Below are positions 13,701-27,415 of a stretch of 64,000 bases of DNA, piece by piece. The notes beneath the pieces were generated by a model. That model did no database searches. It was not told where the DNA came from and saw only the letters and a program-made list of their open reading frames with translations. The stretch is taken from NCBI GenBank assembly GCA_012295275.1, contig CM022670.1, positions 36,580,001 to 36,644,000 on the forward strand, written 5' to 3'. Made by a program: the position numbers and the translations under genes. This stretch comes from Chrysomallon squamiferum (lineage: Eukaryota > Animalia > Mollusca). Position 1 is the stretch's first letter; every line of letters starts with the position of its first letter.

Positions 13701-15779
13701 CATACAAGTATACTGAGCAACATTATTAAATGTTACCTATAATTTCTTGTACAAAGATCATATCTGAAAGGAAAGCTGTTATCTCCACACAATGATTAAT
13801 AAATGAATACAAGGGTATGAACTAACCATGGTCTTCTTAACTGTACTCTTTTCTTGGCATCTTTGGGAAAAATCCCCTCCGGATGTTTTAAAAATATATA
13901 TGCTTTTTTATTAATCTCATGGTTGTTTGAAAATACCTTTTAAATTATTTTGGTATAATGATTTCTTTTTTTGTGTGTGTGTGCGTCTGTGTTATATATA
14001 TATATATATATATATATATTCACACACACACGCAAACACACACGCAAACACACACACACACACACACATATCTGTCATTGTTTTTGTGGTGTTTCTTTAT
14101 GGATATATTATTTATTTATCTTTCTGGTGATAAATTCAGACTATTTATACACATCTATGTTAAATTTTATACTTAAAATGGAATGTAATTCATCTTATCT
14201 CTCATTTTGCATATTAATTACATTCGATTTTGACTTGTAGTATTTTCACTGAATGTTACTGTTTAGCTAATAAGATTTGTATTTGATAATTAGTTTATAC
14301 TAAAGCTATCACAGAAATACGGTATACGGTAAGATAATATTACTTGCATAAAATATTAAAAATAATGTAATTCGATTATACATGTATATTGAATAATGTC
14401 TTATCATTATGAGTGTGTGTGGTTGTATGTCCCTATGTATGTATCTGTAAGTATGGATGTATGTCTGTGTGTGTGTGGTCTTCGGATTTATTTTCTTTAT
14501 CTTCAACACAACCTTCAAGAGTTAAAAACCAGAATAGGACCTTGATTAACAGAATAACAAAGGTGTCTATCAGTTCTAGTTCATTTAACTGCAAAAGTTT
14601 TAAACTAATAAGATTGATTGGTACTTATATTCTAACACTGTAAATTTAATGATTTTAATATTGTAAAACTGCAGTTGTAATAATTTTAATATTTTTAATG
14701 TATCACTCTAATTTTAATAATGTTAATCTTTTGAATATTATATTATAATTTAACTTTTTTTTTGTTTTGTTTAAATATTATTACACTATAATTTTAATAC
14801 TTTTAATATCATAATATTGCAACACTGTAATTTTCCTATAATTTTATAACACTCTAGGGTGTTATTAAATTGAAGGTTACACTTTTTGGAAAATGACAAA
14901 AATGTTTTATTTATTTATTTTATTTTATCTTATCTTATCTTATCTTATCTTATCTTATCTTATAAATAAAATATATATATATTTATTTATTTATTTATTT
15001 CAGGTTCCTATACTTTCACTGTTGTCACATCACTCATAGACATAGGACGTGGAAACTGGAGCGCCCAGAAAAGAACATACAATGACTATCTGATGTTTAT
15101 GTCTCAGCTGTTAAAACTTGACGTCAACCTCGTTGTGTTCATAGAGACCAAGGGACGACCATTTGTCGAGTGGATGAGGCGAGGAAGGGAGAACAGGACG
15201 TTAATTTTACCAATCCAGCTGCGAGATCTTCCTTACTACAAACACAGAGCAAGAATGGAGGCCATTATGAAGAGTCCGGAATACAAACGAGACAACGAAC
15301 TGCTGTCTAATGGCGACCATTGCGAGGCAACAGTTCCAGAATATGATATCGTCCAGCTTTCAAAAATTCATTTAGTCCAGGAGGCAATCCGCCTCAACCC
15401 TTTTAATTCGACTTATTTTTTCTGGATTGATGGTGGATACGGCCATGGAAAGGCAGACGTCTATCCGTCAGACGGTATTTGGAAACCAGCGATCAAATAT
15501 CACGATAAAGTAATGTTATTACAGCTAAATTCCATAGATGAATGGGAACATGTAGACGATCTTCACAAGAAAAACATCAATGTTTTGGCTGGGGGAGTTT
15601 TCGGTGGAGGAATACGCGTTCTCGTGAGTTATAAAGAACAGCATGTAAAACTGATAGAGGAATGGATGAAGAAAGGAATTATCGATGACGACCAAACCGC
15701 AAATATGCAGCTGTACTTCCAAAACAGATCTATGTTTCATTTAGTTCGATGTGGGTGGTTTGACTTGTTCAAATTATGA
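10711..15779 (+). CDS. HtrL/YibB-family copy 3, complete two-coding-exon gene (10711-10891 + 15004-15779), ~318 aa type-II membrane protein
   Basis: Exon 1 MFRMISFNRSTFTLTTKVMFMVGIVFVLAAALYLNNIYHRFSYWSAYSTPFLWDGFGPER ends G|GTTAGT (phase 1). Acceptor tttcAG at 15002-15003 is also phase 1. 181+776=957 nt gives an open frame. There is one N-terminal hydrophobic segment. Confidence 0.8.
11630..12150. repeat. Same intronic minisatellite in copy 3
   Basis: Same unit as 4820-5415. Confidence 0.85.
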
Positions 15780-15924
15780 AACCAACAACAAAAAAAACAA
15801 AAAACCTTTTTGATCCAGTAGTTACTGTCAGTCAGTTAATGCACAATCAGTTTAGAGAGTATTACTGATACTACAAATTTATCAAAGTGGTTTTCTCAGA
15901 AGTCACGTTTAAAATCATTTACAA

Positions 15925-15958
<34 letters not shown>

Positions 15959-16413
15959 GGTGGGTGTGTTTGCCAATCACTTCAATAAGCCATGTTACTG
16001 CATAATTGTATCTTTAAAAGTCACGTTTTTCTCTTCATGAACAATCTCCATCTAAGGTCGTAGTTATGTTTTGAAGTATCGTTAATACTGTAGTATCTAG
16101 CCCCTGGCACGTAAGTGAAACAAAACAAATAAAAGAAAATAAATAAAAAGAAAGAAAGAACAAAAAATATCCTTAAAAATATGAAACTTAGCTGCTATCA
16201 TTTGATAGGACTGAAACATTGAATATGTTGAGATGCATTTGGTTCTCATATTTCGTATTTTTCTAGACTGAAATTCAATTCATTTTGCAAGTTATATCTT
16301 TCACAATATGGTTTGGGCCTCTTTTCAGATATCAAAGATCCAACCGGCTTCACATTTGAAAAATAAATAAAAAAGATTGATGCCGACAGCGACAACAACA
16401 AAAACACACCCAA

Positions 16414-16456
<43 letters not shown>

Positions 16457-18251
16457 AACAAAAAGAACAAACCATCAATAATAGAAATACACAATAAACG
16501 TTTAAAATAACTTTGAAAAATATATTAGTTTTAATAAGCTTACGATTTCATTTTTTAAGTTAGAACAACAGAATGACGATAACCATTCTAATAGTTGAAA
16601 AATGTTCACAAAAACAATAAAAACAACGACTACATCGACAACAAACAAATTAAATAATAAAGTTGCAGCAGTACATAATGTTATTTACTGAATTATATTT
16701 AAAACTATTTAAAACACGACTATATCCCATAAAGGTTCAAGTCTGGGAAGTCAACAGAAAATACGATCAGCGTGATGAAGAATTAATTTCGTTTTCCCAA
16801 CTAGATTTGGTTGGGAATACGACCCGTAATCTGCGAATTGTAATATAGATGTTTTGACGATTGTGCCAAATGATTAAGAGTAATTGAATATGCTTACACT
16901 TTTGGTTGCTCTAGTGCATACCCAACAACATTAAATAAATTAATCTGCAAATATTTAGCTCGTGTATTTATTAAAAAAAAAAAAAAAAAAAAAAAAGAAA
17001 AAAGAAAAAAAAAAAGAAGATATTTTTATGAATTCAGAGCGCAGACATTGCTTAAAATAAACAGCTATTCATTCAGTAGTCACTCAGTTTCCGACGGGTC
17101 ACCGATTGTTAAATATACTTAGAACAATAATTATTATTTTCATTTACTCAAACACTCGTTTGTTATCGCTATAATCATACAGCTTTGTGAATATTTTTAT
17201 GTTCTGCTTCAGTGAGCAGCAATGTCTGCTTGGGCGAAATAAAACTTTTCGTTTTTACCAGACAGACATGATCAAACTTGTCTTTGCCATAACTATTTCT
17301 TTCATAACTAAGGTGTATCTCATTTTATTTATAACTAAAGTGTTTTTTATGATCTATAAGACTTTTCCCCCTGAACGTGACCTCCCTATTTTTATTTTAT
17401 TTTATTTATTTATTTATTTATTATTATTTATTTTGTTATGTACATCATCTCGAATTGTACATTAATGACGAAAGAACAAACAACATGCAGATATTCAGAA
17501 ATCCGGTAAGGGCTTAAACTGCAAAGTTGCCATATCAGGTATTGTTTTCTGCATGGTCCGAACTCTAGGAAAGGTGTTTTGATAAAAAGTACCGGTCGAA
17601 ATTATATAAAGTATAACTTTTATACGTAATGCGATTGACTTTTCAGTTTTTTTAAAGTTTCACAACTCAGTATAATTATATGCAATAAAGAGTTACTTCC
17701 CATTGCGCTTTTCTTCTCTTTTGGAATTAAAGACGTATGCTTGAGTGATTCGTAACAAAAATTAAATTACTGAGTTCCATTGTCAAAAAGGATCAAATTC
17801 AAACTGTGAACACGCACACAATAAAGTAAAAATAAATTACAAAATTAAAAATAATTCATCTGACGTTTATAAAATATTGTTTAAAGATAATGTTATAGAC
17901 AAATCATCCAAATTCTGTCTTTATAAAATTTACAAGACAGCGTATCAATATTAAGGAGATAAATATTTTCTAATGATTGTTGCACAATGCTTTTCTGTCT
18001 GATGAATTATTTGCTGTAATCAAACAAATGGTGGATTTCGTTCCTTAATGATTATCAAAATAATAACTAAATACAAAAGTTCCTTTTATAACTGAGTGAT
18101 TTCGCCGGATTTTTAAAATGAAATTGGAATATGTAAGGGAGAATATGTTCGTATCAACACAGTTTCGCATAAACGCTAAACAAACAATAATAATATATAG
18201 CAAAAGGAACCTCGGGATAACTTTTTTATTTTTATTTTTATTCTTATTCTT

Positions 18252-18283
<32 letters not shown>

Positions 18284-18912
18284 TATTTTATTAGTAGTAT
18301 TTTTTATTAAGCTAAAGCATGAGACGTTTAAACTATTAAACATATAAAATATTACCGCTGTAATTTATGACTATAGCGATACATAAGAGTTATTTATAGG
18401 AAAGTGGCATCAATGAACAGTTTCTGTTAACGACAGATATATGATTTAAAAAAAAAAAAAATCCAACTAGAATCTACGATGCACGACGAGAAAGTGATAA
18501 TGTACGATAACTATAGCATAATTATCTTTTCTAAACTACGAGTGTACTGACAATTATTACAAGAGTCTGTTGATGTTCTTCTGAAACCTTGGAAACGGCC
18601 GAAAAGTCCGACGGTCATCAAAGCGTGACAATTGTATTCTTTAGAAATCTCTCAACTGGTAGCGATTCAGCATTTCCACGTCGCACCGATTTAACCAAAT
18701 CTTTCATAGCGTTTCCACGTGATATTTGATGGTTTTCTGAAGACCAGGTGCTCGATCAACATCCACACAGGCCGTAAAAAATCCAAAACAAAATAAAACA
18801 ACAGTGATATAAAAAAAAAAGTGCTGTGCTAACACGGCGAGTTTATTCGGGTATCTGTAAATTGACATACCTACACGTATTTGTTTTCCAGCGGATCGGA
18901 AGGATCTTCAGA

Positions 18913-21490
18913 ATGATTTCGTTTAACCGTTCACGTTTCACTTTAACCACGAAAGTGATGTTCATGGTCGGGATTGTGTTTGTTTTAGTTACAGCTCTTT
19001 ACTCGAACAATATTTACCATCGTTTATGTTGCTGTAGTACTTTTGGTTTAAGAATCTATTCTTATCGTTTTTAATTGGATGTAGTATTATTTGTTCGTTT
19101 TATAAAATTTTGTTCAAATCAACTTCTCGGCTCGTCTTGACTACTACTACCTCTGCTGCTGCCACTACTATTACTAATGCAACTACTATCTCTATTTGTT
19201 GTTATAATACTTCTACTCCTACTATTACAGGTGTTACTAAGTCTACTGCTTCTCTCCATTCTATTGCTACTACTGTTACTGCTGTTGCTGCTACTTCAAC
19301 TATTCAGCAACAGCTATTACCATTAGTGAATCTAAAATAATATTAGAATTGTAAATATATACAGGAAACGACCTAGTGGTTAGTTCAGCCTTGAAGTAAC
19401 CACAGAAAACACTTTGACAATTCAGTAACAATACTCTATAGAACATTTATTTTTGAACCTCCAGGATCTAAATGGCTAATAGTCCTACTATTACAACTGT
19501 TAATTTGATTATTATCCTAAAGTAACAACAGTTATTAAGTCTGTTACACTCCTCCTACTACTACTGTTATTAACTCTATTACAGTCCTACTTTATTGTCT
19601 GTTACAATCCTCCTACTACTACTATTGTTACTGTATGTTACAATCCTACTACTACTACTACTGTTATTAAGTATATTACAATACTGCTCTGACTACTGTT
19701 ATTAAGTATATTATAGTCCTCCTATCAATGTTATTAAGTCTATTACAATCGTGCTACTACTACTGTTATTAAGTCTATTACAATCCTCCTACTACTACTG
19801 ATCTTAACTCTATTACAATCCTTCTACTACTGTTATTGAGTCTATTACAATCCTCCTACTACTGTTACTAACTCTATTACAGTCCTCCTACTACTGTTAT
19901 TAAGTCTATTACAATCCTCCTACTACTACTGATCTTAAGTCTATTACAGTCCTTCTACTGTTGTGAAGTCTATTACAATCCTACTACTACTATTGTTATT
20001 GTATGGTACAATCCTCCTACAACTACAGTTATTAAGTCTATTAGAATCCTTCTACTCTTATTAAGTCTATTACAATCTCACTGTGATTGTTTTCGTGGTG
20101 TTTCTTTATGGATATTTTATTTATTTATCTTTCTGGTGATAAATTCAGACTATTTATACACATCCATATTAAATTTTAAAATGGAATGTAATTCATCTTA
20201 TCTCTCATTTTGCATATTAGTTACATTCGATTTTGAATTGTATTTTCACTGAATGTTACTGTTTAGCTAATAAGACTTGTATTTGATAATTAGTTTATAC
20301 TAAAGCTATCACAGAAATACGGTGTACGGTAAGATAATATTACTTGCATAAAATATTTAAAATAATGTAATCCGATTATACATGTATATTGAATAATGTC
20401 TTATAATTATGAGTGTGTGTGTGCCTATGTATGTATGTGTAAGTATGGATGTACGTGTGTGTGTGTGGTCTTCGGATTTATTTTCTTTATCTTCAACACA
20501 ACATTCAAGAGTTAAAAACCAGAATAGGACCTTGATTAACAGAATAACAAAGGTGTCTATGAATGCCAGTTAATTTAACTGCATATGTTTTAAATTTAAT
20601 AAGATTGATTGGTATTTATATTGTAACACTGTAAATTTAATGATTTTAATAATATAATATTGTAAAACTGCAGTTGTGATAATTTTAATATTTCTAATGT
20701 AACACTGTAATTTTAATAATGTTAATCTTTTGAATATTATAATATTGTAAAAAAAAAATTGATTTTTTCTTAATTTTAATACTTTTAATATCATAATATT
20801 GCAACACTGTAATTTTAATATAATTTTATAACGGTGTATGTTTATTAAATTGAATGTTATAGTTTTTAGAAAATCACAAAAATTATTTACTTATTTATTT
20901 ATTTATTTCAGGTTCCTATACTTTCACTGTTGTCACATCACTCATAGACATAGGACGTGGAAACTGGAGCGCTCAGAAAAGAACATACAATGACTATCTG
21001 ATGTTTATGTCTCAGCTGTTAAAACTTGACGTCAACCTCGTTGTGTTCATAGAGACCAAGGGACGACCATTTGTCGAGTGGATGAGGCGAGGAAGGGAGA
21101 ACAGGACGTTAATTTTACCAATCCAGCTGCGAGATCTTCCTTACTAAAACACAGAGCAAGAATGGAGGCCATTATGAAAACGTCTATCCGTCAGATGGTA
21201 TTTGGAAACCAGCGATCAAATATCACGATAAAGTAATGTTATTACAGCTAAATTCCATAGATGTAGACGATATTCACAAGAAAAACGTCAATGTTTTGGC
21301 TGGGGGAGTTTTCGGTGGAGGAATACGCGTTCTCGTGAGTTATAAAGAACAGCATGTAAAACTGATAGAGGAATGGATGAAGAAAGGAATTATCGATGAC
21401 GACCAAACCGCAAATATGCAGCTGTACTTCCAAAACAGATCTATGTTTCATTTATTTCGATGTGGGTGGTTTGACTTGTTCAAATTATGA
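18913..21490 (+). pseudogene. HtrL/YibB-family copy 4, pseudogene (exon 1 remnant from 18913, exon 2 20912-21490)
   Basis: It shares the donor loss and 184-nt deletion of copy 2. It also has a 1-nt deletion (TACTAAAAC near 21146, giving a stop) and a 12-nt deletion near 21260. Confidence 0.85.
19480..20077. repeat. Same intronic minisatellite in copy 4
   Basis: Same unit as 4820-5415. Confidence 0.85.
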
Positions 21491-24488
21491 AAACAACAAC
21501 AAAAAAAACAAAAAACCTTTTTGATCCAGTAGTTACTGTCAGTGAATTAATGCACAATGAATATAGAGAGTATTACTGATACTACAAATTTATCGCAGTG
21601 GTTATAATGTATTTAATTATTATTTTTTAGTCATTAAGGAATGAAATCGACCGTTTGTTTTATTACATCAAATAATTCATCAGACAGAAAAGCATTGTGC
21701 AACAATCATTAGAAAATGTTTTCTAAAATATTTATCTCCTTAATATTGATACGCTGACTTGTAAATTTTATAAAAACAGAATTTGGATGATTTATTTATA
21801 ACATTATCGATAAACAACATTAGATAAACGTCAAATGAATTATTTTTGATTCTGTAATTTCTTTTTACTTTATTATTGTGCGTGTTCACAGTTTGAATTT
21901 GATCCTTTTTGACAACGGAACTCAGTAATTTAATTTTTGTTACGAATCACTCAAGCATACGTCTTTAATTCCAAAAGAGAAGACGAAAAGCGCAATGGGA
22001 AGTAACTCTTTATTGCATATAATTACACTGAGTTGTGAAACTTTAAAAACTGAAAAGTCAGTCGCGTTACGTATAAAAGTTATACTTTACGTAATTTCGA
22101 CTGGTACTTTTTATCAAAACACCTTTCCTAGAGTTCGGACCGTGCAGAAAACAGTACCTGATATGGTAACTTTGCAGTTTAAGCCCTTACTGAATTTCAG
22201 AATAACTGCATGTTGTTTGTTCTTTCGTCATTAATGTACAATTCGAGATGGTGTATATAAAAAAAATAATAATAATAAATAAATAAATAAATAAATGAAT
22301 AAAAATAGCAAGGTCACGTTTATCTTATAAAATCTAGTTTTTATTGTAGACGGTTACTTGAATATGTCTAGGTTTTTTTTTTGATGGGGTTGGGAGAGAT
22401 TATTATTTTTTTTATTATTATTATTTTTAAATAAATAGTAAAAATATATTCATCCTACATGTCTGATTGCTAACGGTCTTTGAAACAGAATTTACGACTA
22501 AAAGAAAAAGTAACAACACAAACACAAAAGATATCTAAGAGGTCAAAAAAAAAAAAAATGAAATAGAAAAACAAAATAATTATTGTTAGTATGGGTTTTG
22601 AAAATCACAACAGAAAATAGTTATTATTTGATATTATTTAAAATTTATTTAGCCATTCTGATCACGTTTTTTTTTTACCGTCTGTTTTTTTTTTTTTTTT
22701 TTTTGGACTTTTCTTTTAACCGCACCAGTATATTATTAATGTAATAAGTTAATTTGGGACCAGTCAAGTTAATCCGAATCGATCGATTACTTCAGTCGCT
22801 GTTTGTCTATTATTTACAGTTCTGCATCATTAATTATACAACACTTTTACCGTAAGCAGCTGTGATAATGTCCTTAACAATCTGTTATCGAGGTCAGACA
22901 GCTAGATATATAAAATATAGTTACAATAGTTGTATCAGAGGCGGGACGAAGTCTTATAGATCATTAAAAACACTTTAATTATAAATAAAATGAAATACAA
23001 CTTAGTTATGATAGAAATAGTTATGCCAAAGACAAGTTTGATCGTATGTCTGGTGCTTAAATACCATTAAGATTAGTCGTGCATTTTCAACTAATAATTA
23101 ACAGTAATAACATAAAAGAGGTTTTATTTCGCCCAAACAGACATTGCTGCTCACTGAAGCAGAACATAAAAATATTCACAAAGCTGTATGATTATAGCGA
23201 TAACAAACGAGTGCTTGAGTAATATACATAACATTTTCCGCTCTAAGTACATTTAACAATCGGTGACCCGTCGGAAACTGCGTGACTACCGAATGAATAG
23301 GTGTTTATTTTAAGCAATGTCTGCGCTCTGTATTCATAAAAATATCTTCTTTTTTTTTCTTTTCTTTTTTTTTAAAAGTTTAATAAATACACGAGCTAAA
23401 TATTTCCAGATTAATTTATTTAATGTTGTTGGGTATGCACAGGAGCAACCAAAAGTGTAGGCATATTCAATTACTCTTAATAATTTGGCAGAATCGTCAA
23501 AACATCTGTATTACAATTTGTAGGTTTCGGATCGTATTCCCAACCAAATCTTTATCACACTGATTGTATTTTCAGTTGAATTCCCAGACTTGAACTTTTA
23601 TGGGATATAGTCGTGTTTTAAATAGTTTTAAATATAATTCAGTAAATAACATTATGTACTGCTGCACCTTTGTTATTTAATTTTGATTGGGTGTTTTTGT
23701 TGTTGTTGTTGACAGCATCAGTGGTTTTTGTTATTCAGATGTCAAGCCGGTTGGATCTTTGATATCTAAAAAGAGGTCCAAACCATGTTGTGAAAGATAT
23801 AACTTTCAAAATGAATTGAATTTCAGTCTAGAAAAATACGAAATATGAGAACCAAATGCATATCAACACAGTTAATGTTTCAGTCCTATCAAATGATAGC
23901 AGCTAAGTTTCATACTTTTCGGGTTTTTTATTTGTTTTTGTTTGTTTGTTTCATAACAGACCTTAGACGAAGATTGTTCATGAAGAGAAAAACGTGACTG
24001 TGAAAGATAAAATTACGCAGTAACATAGACGGATTATTGGAGCGATTGGCAAACACACACACAAGTGTTTGTAAATACAAAAGTCCCTTTTATTACTGAG
24101 TGATTTCGCAGGATTTAAAAAAATAAAATTGGGATAGGTAAGGGGGAATATGTTCGTACCAACACAGTTATGTATAAAAGCTAAACAAACAATAATAATA
24201 TATAGCATTTATATTTATTTATTTATATTTATATTTTATTATTATTAGCATTAAGCTAAAGCATGAGACGTTTAAACTATTAAACATACAAAATATTACC
24301 GCTGTAATTTATGACATAGATAGCGGTAGACGAGAGTTATTTATAGGAAAGGGGCATCAATGAACAGTTTCTGTTAAAGAGAGATATACAATTTAAAAGA
24401 AAAGAAAAAGAATACTACGATTCACACGAGAAAGAGTCCATTGATGTTTTCTGAAACCTTGAAACGGCCAGAAACGTCCACGTTGTCC

Positions 24489-24688
24489 NNNNNNNNNNNN
24501 NNNNNNNNNNNNNNNNNNNNNNNNNNNNNNNNNNNNNNNNNNNNNNNNNNNNNNNNNNNNNNNNNNNNNNNNNNNNNNNNNNNNNNNNNNNNNNNNNNNN
24601 NNNNNNNNNNNNNNNNNNNNNNNNNNNNNNNNNNNNNNNNNNNNNNNNNNNNNNNNNNNNNNNNNNNNNNNNNNNNNNNNNNNNNNNN
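24489..24688. other. Assembly gap (200 N)
   Basis: Run of n in the sequence. Confidence 1.
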
Positions 24689-25641
24689 AATAGCAGTACT
24701 TATTTAGTTAGTTATTATTATCGCTTTTAATTTTAATAGTCGCAACAGTAACATTATTTATTTGTTTGTTTGTTTAGTTAGTTACTTTTATTGTACTTCC
24801 GGTGCATTTGCATGCACTTATGTTTATCTTGTGCAGATCGGTCAACACTATGTATGATAACGTCATGAATCTTGTATTCTCGGTTTTGTTATTAATAATA
24901 AATATTCAGAAACGGAAACCTTAATCAATAGTATGTAAATCGTTGGAGAATGAAATGAAACAATTTAGTCATCTGCTGAAGTAAAAATATTATATTTTTT
25001 TATCTGTTAATATGTTTTTCCTCGGTAATATGTATATGCGTATGTATGTGCTTCTCTGATTCTGTCTCAATAAGCTCATAAAGTAACACAAATACAGTAG
25101 CATCTCGATTTAACAGACTCACATATTTGAAGTGTTGTCCACTGTTGCCGAAACACTTTAAGTCATAAACGTTTAAAAAGGATAATATTTTAATGTTATA
25201 GTTCTATAAGTTTATTCTTTTCAATTTTATATGCTCACTATTTTTAATGTAAAATTTAATACTTTATTTTTCTTTTTGTTTTTTTTGTAAAAGGTCCTTT
25301 GCCATAATCAATAGTGATGTTTTATAGAAATGATATACAGTTAGGATCACTAAACAATTACACGATGAAAGCCTGTACGTGAAATAAATTAGGGACGACA
25401 CAAACAAAAAAGTTTACTTTAGAACTAATGGAATTAGTATATGCTAAAAATGAAGTCAGTTGACTTGTTGACTTTTAAACCAATAATTTACTGTATGATG
25501 TTACTACAGCAGTAAATAAAGAGAAAAATCTGGAATCAAATATCAGTAATAAAGCATTTATTTTCTAACGAAGAAAGCTAGTGGGAGGTTTCCTTTATAC
25601 AACGGAAAATATTAATTTCATTTGTTCAAATTTAATTTCAG

Positions 25642-26502
25642 GTACACGAAATTAATATATCTTCTGTTTTGAACAAACAAGACGAATGTGCTAGATTAGT
25701 ACGTAGTTTGCTGGCATCAACAGAAACTACTAGCAGCAAGTTAACAGAACTGCTGACTTTGGCAAAGGAGGAAAGTAAACGATCAAATGAGAATCGGAAC
25801 TATCTGCCTGCACATATTTTAGGATTTGCATATCGAATTGAAAAAAAGTTCGGTATGTTTAGAATCAGTTACGAAACCAAACGTTTCCATTTCAAAAAAA
25901 TAAATAAATAAAAAATAAATAAATGTGTGTTACAACTAAACAAATAATAATCAGCAGTAATGGAATCAAAAGCCATACAGTAATGATAACAACACTATAG
26001 ATTATTATTACCTTTTCATTTTGATATGTTGCTACATCGTTTCTCTGTATTTGATATAATTTATATTTATTAATTTGTTTATTGGGTGTTATAAACTCTG
26101 TTGCTGTTTGTTCTATTTTGTTTGTTTGTTGTTTTTTTTTCTTTCTTGGTACTTGTCGTTGTTGTTTATTTATAATTTTTTCTTTGTTTTAATTAATTAT
26201 TCACGTGCTTTTCCAGACGACAAAGATAAAGTCATGAAGTTTGGTTTAGCTCTAGGCTTAAACAGCTGTACAGTGCAGAAAATAGTTAATGAAGAAAATG
26301 GAAAAGTTTTCTGGGAGGTGCTGTACGAATGGAACAAAACGTCAGTCCATCGCTGATTTGATTTCCGCTTGTCAAAGATTATCTATCTACGGTAAGACTT
26401 GTTTATTACCAGTGAAATACATTTGTTGCTAGTTTGTCTAATTACTTTCTTTTTTCTTGTGTTATTTAACATAAATCTGATTATTATTATTATAATTATT
26501 AC

Positions 26503-26566
<64 letters not shown>

Positions 26567-27415
26567 TTTTTTTTTTTTTTTTTGCAAAGATGGTTTAATG
26601 CCTTCTGATCACAGCACAGCTATTGAAAAGGCATACAGCAGACTTGCAAAGGACATATTTGTAGAATATGTAGTGATATACCTGCGTGACAAAGCTGTGT
26701 TGTCACTTTGTGATGTTGATTACATTCTCAGTCCAGAGACAAGAATAGAAAAGTTTCGACGTCTCGTCGACACCCTTCCTCTGTTTGGAGAGAAAGCTTT
26801 CGACTGCTTGGTGGAAGCTTTGACCAAATCAGGTCAAAATCATCTTGCTAACATACTGTCAGGTAAGATTATGCATATTTTTGTTATTATTATTACTTTT
26901 TTTTTTTTTATTCTGAAAGGGAATCATGATCTGTTCCACGAGAAGAAAAAAAAAAAAAAAAAAAAACATGAAATTATACATAACTTTTGAGATGACAGAA
27001 GCTTCGTTACGACAAAATAACAACAACATAATATTGAGTGGCAAAATGTAAGAGGAAATTGTCATATATGATTTATTTAATTTATTTAATTTTATTATTA
27101 TTATTTTGTTGAGTTTTTCTTCTTTCACTTCCTAAGTTAAATTTTTGTTTTTGTTTATTTTCTCTCTGTATGTGTGTTTGTGTGTGCGAAAACACTTTTT
27201 TCTTCTTTTTTTCTGTATTTTCTTAAGATGAACTGAACAAACTGACTCCTGTTTCGGACACACTAAGCAGGGAAGAATATGAGCAACAACTGGAAAGTGA
27301 AATACAAAGAACTAAGACCGATTTTGAGCTAAGTTCCTTTATTCTTATGTTATTATTCCTCTTGTCACTATTTATTTTCTATAAAATCCGATATATTAAT
27401 ACTGAATTTGTTTAA
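25642..27415 (+). CDS. CARD-family gene paralogue A, 5'-truncated by the gap: exons 25642-25852, [26205-26391 disabled Death-like exon], 26590-26862 (CARD), 27228-27415 (linker + C-terminal TM)
   Basis: GT/AG sites are in consistent phases. The CARD-like exon reads MPSDHSTAIEKAYSRLAKDIFVEYVVIYLRDKAVLSLCDVDYILSPETRIEKFRRLVDTLPLFGEKAFDCLVEALTKSGQNHLANIL. The last exon ends LSSFILMLLFLLSLFIFYKIRYINTEFV*. Confidence 0.7.

Noticed and set aside
13927-14240. ORFs made of IY/TH/CV/YLFI runs (also 3451, 8497, 13135, 26399, 42562, 48793, 58063)
   Set aside because: These are translations of TA, CA, TTTA and TTA microsatellites.
26590-26862. Calling the CARD genes caspase-2, Apaf-1, NLR or MAVS orthologues
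   Set aside because: No protease, NB-ARC/NACHT or helicase domain is present, and the CARD is internal rather than N-terminal. Orthology cannot be assigned without a phylogeny.
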